The notes below the pieces were generated by a model. That model made no database searches. It was not told the DNA's origin and worked only from the letters and a program-made list of their open reading frames with translations. From a virus (Duplodnaviria; Caudoviricetes): a DNA stretch of 64,000 bases. Positions 48,674 to 55,892 of the stretch are shown here, piece by piece. The stretch lies in IMG/VR virus record IMGVR_UViG_3300049988_000124, positions 128,001 to 192,000 of that record. One strand, written 5' to 3'. Within the stretch, counting starts at the first letter, position 1. Each line of letters opens with the position of its first letter. A program made the translations under genes and the position numbers.

Positions 48674-49719
48674 GGGAATGCCTTTCCGTTAAAGAGCCAC
48701 AGAGTAAGTGCAAACTTACTCACGATGAACTCGTGGACCATCCACGAGATCGAGAACGAACCAACCGTAAGAATTGTGAAAAGAAACACGGGATTGGTAA
48801 CTTGGGTACTCAGGAGATAGAATAAGATCCCGAGCACGGGAACGTGAAACAGGTACACCGAGAAGCCGGACTGGCTGAGGCGGCGTACCAGATCGTTATT
48901 CTCTTGAACCCTCAAGGCTGTTGCCAGCACCGTAAAGCTCATGAGAACAGCGACCAGGGACATGATGAATGTCCGCAAGACCTTAAAGGCCGCACTGGCA
49001 CTGGGATCAGCGACCATATAGTAGACCGCGTTATACCAGCACATCGCCCCTAGAAGCGCGAAGACTCCGACCCAAGCCCACCGCGTGGAGGACATCCACG
49101 CACATAGTCCTTCTTGTCGTGAGACGAAGAACCCGGCTAGGTAGAATACCGCGTAATAAGGGGTAAGGACCGCGATCGTCGGTAAGATCTGCTCCCACTG
49201 GAGGAGATAGAGGATACCCCTGGACAATTGCGCGTTGCCGGTGGCCAACACCACGACGCCGAGCAAGAAGTACTTCGGGTAGGCCTTGATCTTAGCGTTG
49301 ATCCACCCACTCAATCCCGATTCATCGAGCATGTAGCCGAGCGGCGTGATAATCGATAGGACCAGGAGAAACCAGAGATGGTAAGGATTGGCAAATGTGA
49401 AAGAGCCACCTTTGACATCAATGGTGAAGGGTAGCACGAAGAGCCAGACGGCGAACGTCGGCACCAAGAGCTGTTCCAGTCGACGACCAATCGAGTACCG
49501 ACCGGCCACTTGGAGTCTTGCCATAAGAAACCCACTGATCGCGAAGAATGCTTCCATGCGAAACAGGTGGCTGGCGAAGAGGAAGTTGTCTGCCCATTGT
49601 AGAGGGTGGGCAGGGCTAGAAATATAGGATACGCTGTGAATGAGGGGACCTGCTAGAAGCAGGAAAGCGCGCCACGCATCGACCCCCAATATTCGATGCG
49701 GACGCGTCGCGATGTCCAT
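48529..49719 (-). CDS. Membrane acyltransferase family 3 (AT3), OpgC/MdoC-like
   Basis: Multi-TM; D..RA, H, FRMEAFFAISGF, HLWFLLVL, SVYLFH and C-terminal LFNGK motifs typical of OpgC-type AT3; AAGGAG RBS. Confidence 0.8.
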   Translation of the reverse strand: MDIATRPHRILGVDAWRAFLLLAGPLIHSVSYISSPAHPLQWADNFLFASHLFRMEAFFAISGFLMARLQVAGRYSIGRRLEQLLVPTFAVWLFVLPFTIDVKGGSFTFANPYHLWFLLVLSIITPLGYMLDESGLSGWINAKIKAYPKYFLLGVVVLATGNAQLSRGILYLLQWEQILPTIAVLTPYYAVFYLAGFFVSRQEGLCAWMSSTRWAWVGVFALLGAMCWYNAVYYMVADPSASAAFKVLRTFIMSLVAVLMSFTVLATALRVQENNDLVRRLSQSGFSVYLFHVPVLGILFYLLSTQVTNPVFLFTILTVGSFSISWMVHEFIVSKFALTLWLFNGKAFPWTSIFSSSPAFSFAPSGSSPSTRPSPTTASSSDVSPGSLPVGGAVPS

Positions 49720-49749
49720 TAAGGACTCCTTGTTTCCTAAAAGAGATAG

Positions 49750-49755
49750 GTCATA
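49750..49755 (-). promoter_or_regulatory. Late-type promoter motif TATGAC before the acyltransferase
   Basis: About 31 nt before ATG 49719, same spacing as for virion genes. Confidence 0.5.
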
Positions 49756-49767
49756 CCAGAGTGGGCT

Positions 49768-50379
49768 TTAATCATTCTCCTGCATCGAGAGGGTGTAGCC
49801 GTAATCGTAATCCTTAAACTCAGGCGAGCATTCGGGATACGGATTATTGCGACGATTGAGGGCCGAGGCATCAGCCCAGCCGTTCAGGTACGCCTCGCTC
49901 TTCTCGCCGGTCGTCTGGGCAGGCGCAGGCTCTGCTGTCAGAATCAGGTCCATAAAGGCCTGGAGGAACTTGTTGCCGCGCTCGATATTGTCCTGGGTTG
50001 CCCGCACGATCAAGAGCGGCTCGCCGTAATAGACGTTCATCCAGCCCAAGATCTTCGGGTCATCGAAACGAGCCGACGACTTATGGGTCGTGACGGTCAG
50101 GTCACCGACGATGGGATCGGTCGAACCACGAGTGCCGAGATCGGCGATATAGTTCTTGTCGCCGAAGACCCACACTTCGATCGGACCGTTGAGCGAGCGA
50201 CCCCACTTCTCAGTGAGGTTGACCTTCTTGCCGCCGATCTGCTTGTCGATCATGAGGCGTGCGAGCTTCTCACGAGCCACCGTGGTGGAACCGTGCTCGA
50301 ACTCGGACGAGCCCATGTAGTGGTAGTTGAAGCCGATGTCATCGTCGTTGACGAGCCGCTGGAGAAACATTGCAGTCAT
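49768..50379 (-). CDS. Hypothetical protein with YMGSSEFE motif and C-terminal Rmf/CrpP-like motif
   Basis: FNYHYMGSSEFEHG; AYLNGW...NPY....DYDYGY. Confidence 0.6.
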   Translation of the reverse strand: MTAMFLQRLVNDDDIGFNYHYMGSSEFEHGSTTVAREKLARLMIDKQIGGKKVNLTEKWGRSLNGPIEVWVFGDKNYIADLGTRGSTDPIVGDLTVTTHKSSARFDDPKILGWMNVYYGEPLLIVRATQDNIERGNKFLQAFMDLILTAEPAPAQTTGEKSEAYLNGWADASALNRRNNPYPECSPEFKDYDYGYTLSMQEND

Positions 50380-50392
50380 GATGATGCCTTTC

Positions 50393-50698
50393 TTAGATCT
50401 GCGACCGACTGTCCAGGTGCGCTTTCACGCGCCGGTGGAACTCATCATAGTCGTCCTTGTGGATGTAGATGGAATGGTAATTGCTCGAGTCGCCCTGGAA
50501 GCGCAGACCCTCGCCGAGGTTGGGGGAGCCGTGCTCACCCTTGATGTAGCGACAGGCGTACTGGTTCTGACCGAGCGCACGGTCGCCGTTGAACTCGCGA
50601 TAGCCAGCCTTGTCAGCCGAGTTATCGCACGGCTTGTCGTTACCGAGTCCGTGACAGAAGGGTCCGCTGTAATAGCCGTGTATTTTGCAATTGGGCAT
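50393..50698 (-). CDS. Cys/His-containing hypothetical protein
   Basis: AGAGGA RBS before ATG 50698. Confidence 0.6.
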   Translation of the reverse strand: MPNCKIHGYYSGPFCHGLGNDKPCDNSADKAGYREFNGDRALGQNQYACRYIKGEHGSPNLGEGLRFQGDSSNYHSIYIHKDDYDEFHRRVKAHLDSRSQI

Positions 50699-50727
50699 GG
50701 TAGCATTCCTCTTGTTTGAGTTGTAGG

Positions 50728-50922
50728 TCAATCGACCTGGTGAACCAGGTCTTCCTTGTCGGGCATCGAGTAGAACATCCGACCTTCCATGGTGTAGGAC
50801 ATGCCGTTGTCACCGTTCCAGCGGTAGCGACCGCCGCCCTTGTTGTATGAAGTGATGGTGACCTTGGTCTTACCATCGGCGGTGGTGTAGGTCTTGCCGA
50901 CCTCCATCTTCACAGTGGTCAT
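50728..50922 (-). CDS. Stand-alone G..Y..DG beta-domain protein
   Basis: MEVGKTYTTADGKTKVTI...WNGDNGMSYTMEG...DLVHQV. Confidence 0.7.
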   Translation of the reverse strand: MTTVKMEVGKTYTTADGKTKVTITSYNKGGGRYRWNGDNGMSYTMEGRMFYSMPDKEDLVHQVD

Positions 50923-50954
50923 GAATGATCTCCTTATCTCTATGAGTTACTGAA

Positions 50955-51188
50955 CTATTGCGGAAACCGATCGTGGACGTAGCCGCGCTTCACCATATCG
51001 GTGAGCTTCTCGGTGTACTTGGCGCGGACCACGTCGATCTTCTGATTGACCGACGTCTTGTCTTCACTATCTCCCATCCGCTCGCGGACCTTTTCCAAAG
51101 CACTCAGTGCCGTACCGTAGCATCCGAGGGCAGCGATGTCCACTTTCGTGACCGGAGGGGTGAACAGCTTCTTCATGAAATCGAGCAT
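50955..51188 (-). CDS. Hypothetical helical protein
   Basis: 77 aa; AGGAG RBS. Confidence 0.6.
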   Translation of the reverse strand: MLDFMKKLFTPPVTKVDIAALGCYGTALSALEKVRERMGDSEDKTSVNQKIDVVRAKYTEKLTDMVKRGYVHDRFPQ

Positions 51189-51222
51189 GGTAAGCTCCTG
51201 ATTAGAGGGGAATGAAATAACA

Positions 51223-51236
51223 CACTCTTAATAGTC
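51223..51236 (-). promoter_or_regulatory. Variant promoter-like motif GACTATTA-AGA-GTG
   Basis: Intergenic; resembles 44857 copy. Confidence 0.35.
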
Positions 51237-51276
51237 CCACCGATCGCACCGATGAGACTAGAATGGTTGTGTTGAG

Positions 51277-51432
51277 TTACGACTGGATGATCTTGGCGAT
51301 CTTCCTGCCGTTGTCGCGGATCTTGTTGATCTGAATGTAGATCATCAGACCCGTCCAGGCCGAGGCGACGAGGAGGCCCGACACCTTGGCGGTCTTCTGG
51401 GCGGCGCGGACGATCTTGAACTGCTTCTTCAT
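51277..51432 (-). CDS. Small single-TM protein (51 aa)
   Basis: Not in track. MKKQFKIVRAAQKTAKVSGLLVASAWTGLMIYIQINK; AAGGGA RBS. Confidence 0.6.
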   Translation of the reverse strand: MKKQFKIVRAAQKTAKVSGLLVASAWTGLMIYIQINKIRDNGRKIAKIIQS

Positions 51433-51456
51433 GGTAACGGGTATTCCCTTCTTCTT

Positions 51457-51467
51457 GGGGGGGGGGG
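51457..51467. repeat. G11 homopolymer (C11 on coding strand) upstream of an RBS
   Basis: Direct reading; intergenic. Confidence 0.8.
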
Positions 51468-51480
51468 TGAGGTGAGAGGG

Positions 51481-51675
51481 TTAGAGGAAGGCGGACATCA
51501 CCTTGGTGTAGAGTGCGCGACGAGCCTTGATGGCTGCGTCATGCGCTTCGATCACCGTGGGGATGGTGAAGTTGTTGCGGCTACGCTGGAGTTCCTCGAT
51601 GTTCTGGAGGAGCGAGATCTCGAGGAGATCCTTCTCGGCTTCGCTGAGCTCGACGGAGAGACGCTTAACGGACAT
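51481..51675 (-). CDS. Small helical hypothetical protein
   Basis: 64 aa; GAAAGGGA RBS. Confidence 0.6.
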   Translation of the reverse strand: MSVKRLSVELSEAEKDLLEISLLQNIEELQRSRNNFTIPTVIEAHDAAIKARRALYTKVMSAFL

Positions 51676-51714
51676 GATGTTTCCCTTTCTGGGATTAGAG
51701 GGTTGTGAGCGAAA

Positions 51715-51912
51715 CTACTTGATGCCGACGATGTCGTGGGCGGGATCGATGCAAGCACCGTCGACTTGATAGACGACATCGTTGCTACCGATATAGTAGG
51801 CGATGCCGGTATCGTTACCGTCATAGCCACCATCAGCCAAGCTGTCGACGATCGTGACTTCGTTGCCGGAATCGGTCAGGTAAGTGACCCGCGACGGAAA
51901 CTCGATGATCAT
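51715..51912 (-). CDS. Stand-alone G..Y..DG beta-domain protein
   Basis: YLTDSGNEVTIV...YIGSNDVVYQVDG...HDIVGI; GAGGAGG RBS. Confidence 0.7.
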   Translation of the reverse strand: MIIEFPSRVTYLTDSGNEVTIVDSLADGGYDGNDTGIAYYIGSNDVVYQVDGACIDPAHDIVGIK

Positions 51913-51928
51913 GGGAGTGACCTCCTCG

Positions 51929-52189
51929 TTACAGAGTCTTGGCGTGGACCTTGGCCCACTTGGTGTGCTGGTGGAAGTGGATGTCCCACAACCGAGCGCG
52001 CTCGCCCTCGCTCAGCCCGGCGTAGTCGCCGGACTGAGCAAACAGCTGACGCAGGATGCTCTGGTGATTGTCCATCTCCTCCTTGGCCTCCGCACGGATG
52101 CGAAGCAGCTTCACCTGCGCCGATGCACGGCGGGCAGCATGATAGGCGACGGTACCGAACACGAGCGTCTTGAGAATACGAATGATCAC
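51929..52189 (-). CDS. N-anchored coiled-coil mini-protein
   Basis: GTG 52189 after GAGGA; IIRILKTLVFGTVAYHAA. Confidence 0.6.
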   Translation of the reverse strand: MIIRILKTLVFGTVAYHAARRASAQVKLLRIRAEAKEEMDNHQSILRQLFAQSGDYAGLSEGERARLWDIHFHQHTKWAKVHAKTL

Positions 52190-52220
52190 GAGATAATCCT
52201 CTTCGTTGATGGTGGGAGAG

Positions 52221-52514
52221 TTAGACCGCGCGGCCGAAGAGCTGGCGGGTGATGCCCATGACGAGCGTGCCGACTGTCTCCTCGACCGAGGCCCCCTTCT
52301 CGGGCAGTTCGCAGATGAGGTCATCCAAGGTCTGGCCCTGGGTGCTCATCCAATTGGCGTTGCCGTCCTCGGTGTAGCGAACACCGTTGTCGCCGAGGAA
52401 GGGACGGAACATGTCGTGGCCCTTGTCGAAGATGTCGGTCTTCATCACGATGCGCACGGGGCGGCAGGTACGAGTCTGGTAGGTCTTGTTGACCTCGAGC
52501 TGGAAACGATCCAT
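52221..52514 (-). CDS. G..Y..DG beta-domain protein
   Basis: LEVNKTYQTRTCRPVRIV...FLGDNGVRYTEDG...DDLICEL. Confidence 0.7.
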   Translation of the reverse strand: MDRFQLEVNKTYQTRTCRPVRIVMKTDIFDKGHDMFRPFLGDNGVRYTEDGNANWMSTQGQTLDDLICELPEKGASVEETVGTLVMGITRQLFGRAV

Positions 52515-52551
52515 GGTGAAAACCTTTCTGATAACGGGAGGGGGGAGTTGC

Positions 52552-52851
52552 TTACGAGTAGTAGCAGCCGGTCGCGGTCTTGTACTTGTCCTTCTGCTGC
52601 TGGATCAACCGCTCGCCTTCGCGCCTGATGTCGGCCGAGCTATCGTAGCGGGCGACAGTGGCAGCGTGACGCATTTGGTAGCGCAGGACGAGCGAGTTGT
52701 ACTCCTCGCGAATACGACGGATCTCTTCGTAGATCTCCGACTTGAGCCGGTGATCTTCGCGCGGCGTGGTATTTGCCTTGTTCTGGGCAACGGTGTCGCT
52801 GACGATGGCAGCGCCAAGGGTGACGAGGGCGATACGACCAAAGATGCTCAT
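52552..52851 (-). CDS. N-anchored coiled-coil mini-protein
   Basis: MSIFGRIALVTLGAAIVS then helical charged region. Confidence 0.6.
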   Translation of the reverse strand: MSIFGRIALVTLGAAIVSDTVAQNKANTTPREDHRLKSEIYEEIRRIREEYNSLVLRYQMRHAATVARYDSSADIRREGERLIQQQKDKYKTATGCYYS

Positions 52852-52901
52852 GAGGGAAACCTTTCTGAATTGAATGAAGAGTTTACGAAGAACCTCCAGC
52901 C

Positions 52902-53249
52902 TTAGCTGAGATTCTTCTTGAAGACGACGAGCGTGTCGCGCAGCGTGGTGAGTTCGGCGCGCTTGATGTTGATCGACTGGCCGAGCAACTCGACGCCGCC
53001 CATCGCCAGGATGTGGCCGCGAAATTCGTCGTTGGTCTCGAGCATCTCGAGCGTGGCTTCGCCGACGATGATGCAGTCGGTGATGAAGCAGATCTGCTGG
53101 GGGAGCGGCAGCTCCTTGGCGTTGTCGCCTTCGCGAATCGACATCGCGATCACCGCGTTGATGCGCTGCACGGCGCTGTCGGACTCGATGTTACCGAACA
53201 GGTTGACCTGGGTGTTCTCGAGGATCGAAGCGAGCTGGTTGTCGAACAT
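52902..53249 (-). CDS. Hypothetical protein
   Basis: 115 aa; AGGAG RBS; first gene after an early-type promoter. Confidence 0.65.
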   Translation of the reverse strand: MFDNQLASILENTQVNLFGNIESDSAVQRINAVIAMSIREGDNAKELPLPQQICFITDCIIVGEATLEMLETNDEFRGHILAMGGVELLGQSINIKRAELTTLRDTLVVFKKNLS

Positions 53250-53298
53250 GAGAAGTCTCCTGAAAAGATCGAGGAAAGCAGGGATTTGCTATCCTTAT

Positions 53299-53313
53299 CA
53301 CATTGGTAATACG
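53299..53313 (-). promoter_or_regulatory. Early-type promoter CGTATTAC-CAAT-GTG
   Basis: Near-consensus with conserved 4-nt spacing to GTG. Confidence 0.55.
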
Positions 53314-53341
53314 GCGATTCAAAACGTTGATGTCGGTTTCG

Positions 53342-53599
53342 TTAGCGGGCCTTCTGACGCCGAATCTGCGTGAAGATCATCACCAGGATCGGGAACCAGC
53401 ACACCGCGATAGCGAGAAGCACCAGGCCCAGATAGTTGCGAGAGATGAACTGATGATAGGGACCACTGTCCTTGACCATGTAGTCGATCTCATCGCGGAA
53501 CGTGTGACCGTGCTTCTTGGCGTAGAAGTTCACCCCTTCGATATAGAGGATCAGGAAGATCATCGCGCAGATGGTGTAGGGATAGATAACGAGCATCAT
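53342..53599 (-). CDS. Two-TM small membrane protein
   Basis: Two hydrophobic helices in 85 aa. Confidence 0.65.
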   Translation of the reverse strand: MMLVIYPYTICAMIFLILYIEGVNFYAKKHGHTFRDEIDYMVKDSGPYHQFISRNYLGLVLLAIAVCWFPILVMIFTQIRRQKAR

Positions 53600-53602
53600 G
53601 AT

Positions 53603-54316
53603 TCAAATTCCTTTGGTGAGCCACTGATCGATATCCAGGACCGTCAGGCTAGCCTGATCGGTAACCATGGTGTCGATGAAGGTGCGGTTAGCAAAAGTGA
53701 GCGGTTGCTCAATCGGCGTATGGCCATGGAAGACATGGTCGATACCGTGGACCCGGATCTGTTCAGGATCGAGGTCCGGATTGTTCTGGATAGCGCGAAT
53801 CGTCTCACGGCTGCCGGTGATCAGATTGACCAGGTAGCGCTCGAGCGTCGGATCCGTGCACTGGAGTGCTAACATGTCCCAGCGATTGTGCATGTCAGCG
53901 TGGGCGATGCCGACGCGGTGACCACCAGGGGTGATGACCTCGAGGGCGAGCGGTGCGTTCTCCAGAAGGGACGCGAGGCGTTCCTGGATGGCAGGCGTCT
54001 TGGCGAGGAACCAGTCCCCACCATTGTGCGAGACGTTGTCAGCGCTCTCGTAGCCGAGGAGGAACTCGCGCGGCTGGAGATCGTGATTACCAAGCGTCCA
54101 GTGAAACCAGGGCTGGTTGATGTAGAGCTCGAACCATTCGCTATTGGGACCACGATCAACCAAGTCCCCGACGCAGATCACTGCATCGAGTTCAGGATCG
54201 AAGCCGAGGGAGACGAGGATGGTGTTGAACTGAGCGAACTCACCGTGGAGATCCCCCACGGCGAACACCCGGCGCTTATCCGATAGATCGAGCACCTTGA
54301 AGATAGTGGTCGTCAT
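53603..54316 (-). CDS. Ser/Thr protein phosphatase (calcineurin-like, lambda NinI/PphA type)
   Basis: GDLHG, GDLVDRG, GNHD and HGHT motifs. Confidence 0.9.
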   Translation of the reverse strand: MTTTIFKVLDLSDKRRVFAVGDLHGEFAQFNTILVSLGFDPELDAVICVGDLVDRGPNSEWFELYINQPWFHWTLGNHDLQPREFLLGYESADNVSHNGGDWFLAKTPAIQERLASLLENAPLALEVITPGGHRVGIAHADMHNRWDMLALQCTDPTLERYLVNLITGSRETIRAIQNNPDLDPEQIRVHGIDHVFHGHTPIEQPLTFANRTFIDTMVTDQASLTVLDIDQWLTKGI

Positions 54317-54372
54317 GGGTTTATCCTTTATTAAAAGGGAGGGACAAAGAAAAGCATTTGCTAGTCTTTCTT

Positions 54373-54387
54373 CACTTTAGTAGTATA
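54373..54387 (-). promoter_or_regulatory. Early-type promoter TATACTAC-TAAA-GTG
   Basis: One mismatch to consensus; upstream of the phosphatase. Confidence 0.55.
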
Positions 54388-54411
54388 TGCCTTCAGATCG
54401 ATGATCTCGGT

Positions 54412-54834
54412 TTACTTGGGTATCCCGATGTACGTGTTTTTATCTTCGTCGTAGGTAATGTGGAAGCGAGAATCGACGGTGAGTTTCTTCCATACACCCA
54501 CTGCGCCGTCTGTGCGGTCCCAGTCACTGGTAAGGCTACCCCGCGTCTGGATGATGCATCCATAGGCAAAAGTACACAACCCCTTCCTCCGAACGATCTC
54601 AGTCAAGTAGGTGGAGGTGATAATGGGACCATTCTTCGGGTCGTGGGCGGCAATGTAGCCGACCGGCACATCTCCCCGCACTAGGTAGAAGACGACTCGA
54701 CCGAGCGTCTTGTCCTGGTAGTCGAACAGATCGTAACCGTTGTAGCTGCCGATCTTCTTGGCCAGGTCTTTGCGACGTGACCAATTGTTGCGCAGGTTAC
54801 GTTCCTGCGTTTCCTCGAGTAACGATGGCGTCAT
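54412..54834 (-). CDS. GNAT-like acetyltransferase
   Basis: VRRKGLC motif-A-like segment; SD..RTDGAVGVWKKL; AAAGGA RBS before ATG 54834. Confidence 0.5.
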   Translation of the reverse strand: MTPSLLEETQERNLRNNWSRRKDLAKKIGSYNGYDLFDYQDKTLGRVVFYLVRGDVPVGYIAAHDPKNGPIITSTYLTEIVRRKGLCTFAYGCIIQTRGSLTSDWDRTDGAVGVWKKLTVDSRFHITYDEDKNTYIGIPK

Positions 54835-54847
54835 GCAAATTGTCCTT

Positions 54848-55165
54848 TTACTGGTACCGGCTGTACTCATTACGAGCACGCGCGAGTTGATCCTCGGTGT
54901 TCTGGAAGTCGTTCTCGACGAGTTGCTCGAACTCATCGTAGATCGCGGGATCAATGCCTTTGAACTCACCGGTCTGGTGCTTGACGTCGTAGCGACGAAC
55001 GATGGCATCGAGATACTCTGCCTCCCAGAAGCGAATGTCCTTGGCGAGCATTTCTTTCCTTACCGGGTCATGGATCTTGCGAACCGGGACCAAGGTGGAG
55101 GCAGTGCTCAAGCCAATGACGCCGACGGCGGCGAGAAGAGCTGGCATGATGAAACGAGTGTGCAT
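54848..55165 (-). CDS. N-anchored coiled-coil mini-protein
   Basis: FIMPALLAAVGVIGLST then helical region. Confidence 0.6.
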   Translation of the reverse strand: MHTRFIMPALLAAVGVIGLSTASTLVPVRKIHDPVRKEMLAKDIRFWEAEYLDAIVRRYDVKHQTGEFKGIDPAIYDEFEQLVENDFQNTEDQLARARNEYSRYQ

Positions 55166-55215
55166 GTATTATCCCCTTTGTTGATTACGAATGAGAACAT
55201 TAAGAATATCCTCTT

Positions 55216-55230
55216 CACGCTAGTAATGTA
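55216..55230 (-). promoter_or_regulatory. Early-type promoter TACATTAC-TAGC-GTG
   Basis: One mismatch; heads the large accessory tract. Confidence 0.55.
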
Positions 55231-55285
55231 GGGATGAACTGAGCTCATCTCGGATTATTTATTGTGGCAATTGTCAGCCGGATTG

Positions 55286-55291
55286 TATGAC
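55286..55291 (+). promoter_or_regulatory. Late-type promoter motif TATGAC
   Basis: About 29 nt before RNase H ATG. Confidence 0.5.
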
Positions 55292-55319
55292 ATTCTTTAG
55301 CCTATCGAAGGTAGGAACA

Positions 55320-55847
55320 ATGGCCAAACCAAAAAAGAAGGTAGAGATTGAGGCCAAACCTCTCTTTATCCCTCCCAATGCCATGCATCTGTGGGTCGAT
55401 GGATCCTTTCGTCCGCCTGACAATGCATCGTGTGCGTACCTGATCTTCTCCGAGAAGAGCAAGCACGTCGTTGCCATGGAGTGTCTTGCCTACCGGGGCA
55501 AGACCATTAACCAGATGGAATTAGAGGCCATCAACAAAGGCCTCGATAATCCCGGTGACTATTTCATCATCCACTCCGACAGTCAATATTCCATCTCTGC
55601 GCTAACCTTGTGGCACAAGTCATGGGAGCAGCATGGTTGGATGACGCCCAATGGTGAGCCTGTTAAGAACAAAGAGCTCATCCAGTCGATCTTGAAAAAG
55701 ATGCGTACCAAGAAGTTCGTCCGGTTCGTTAAAGTCAAGGCCCACACCGGTATCCCGCTCAATTCCGTTGTTGATTATTTAGCACAAGAACTCTCTGCGA
55801 AAATGAGAGATAATCCCAAAATCACCCAGCTAACTCTGGCAGCTTGA
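55320..55847 (+). CDS. rnhA: Ribonuclease HI (phiKZ gp155-like)
   Basis: VDGS, TINQMELEA, SDSQY, W...GW...VKN.EL and VKAHTG..N..VD motifs. Confidence 0.9.
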   Translation: MAKPKKKVEIEAKPLFIPPNAMHLWVDGSFRPPDNASCAYLIFSEKSKHVVAMECLAYRGKTINQMELEAINKGLDNPGDYFIIHSDSQYSISALTLWHKSWEQHGWMTPNGEPVKNKELIQSILKKMRTKKFVRFVKVKAHTGIPLNSVVDYLAQELSAKMRDNPKITQLTLAA

Positions 55848-55853
55848 GGTATA

Positions 55854-55881
55854 TAGACAGGTCCCAGCTGGGACCTGTCTA
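55854..55881. repeat. Perfect 28-bp palindrome (probable terminator)
   Basis: TAGACAGGTCCCAG/CTGGGACCTGTCTA directly after RNase H stop. Confidence 0.75.
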
Positions 55882-55892
55882 CCTCTTCATTG

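Noticed and set aside
54835-55008. N-terminal extension of the GNAT-like ORF in the track
   Set aside because: Overlaps 54848..55165 in another frame; good RBS and ATG at 54834
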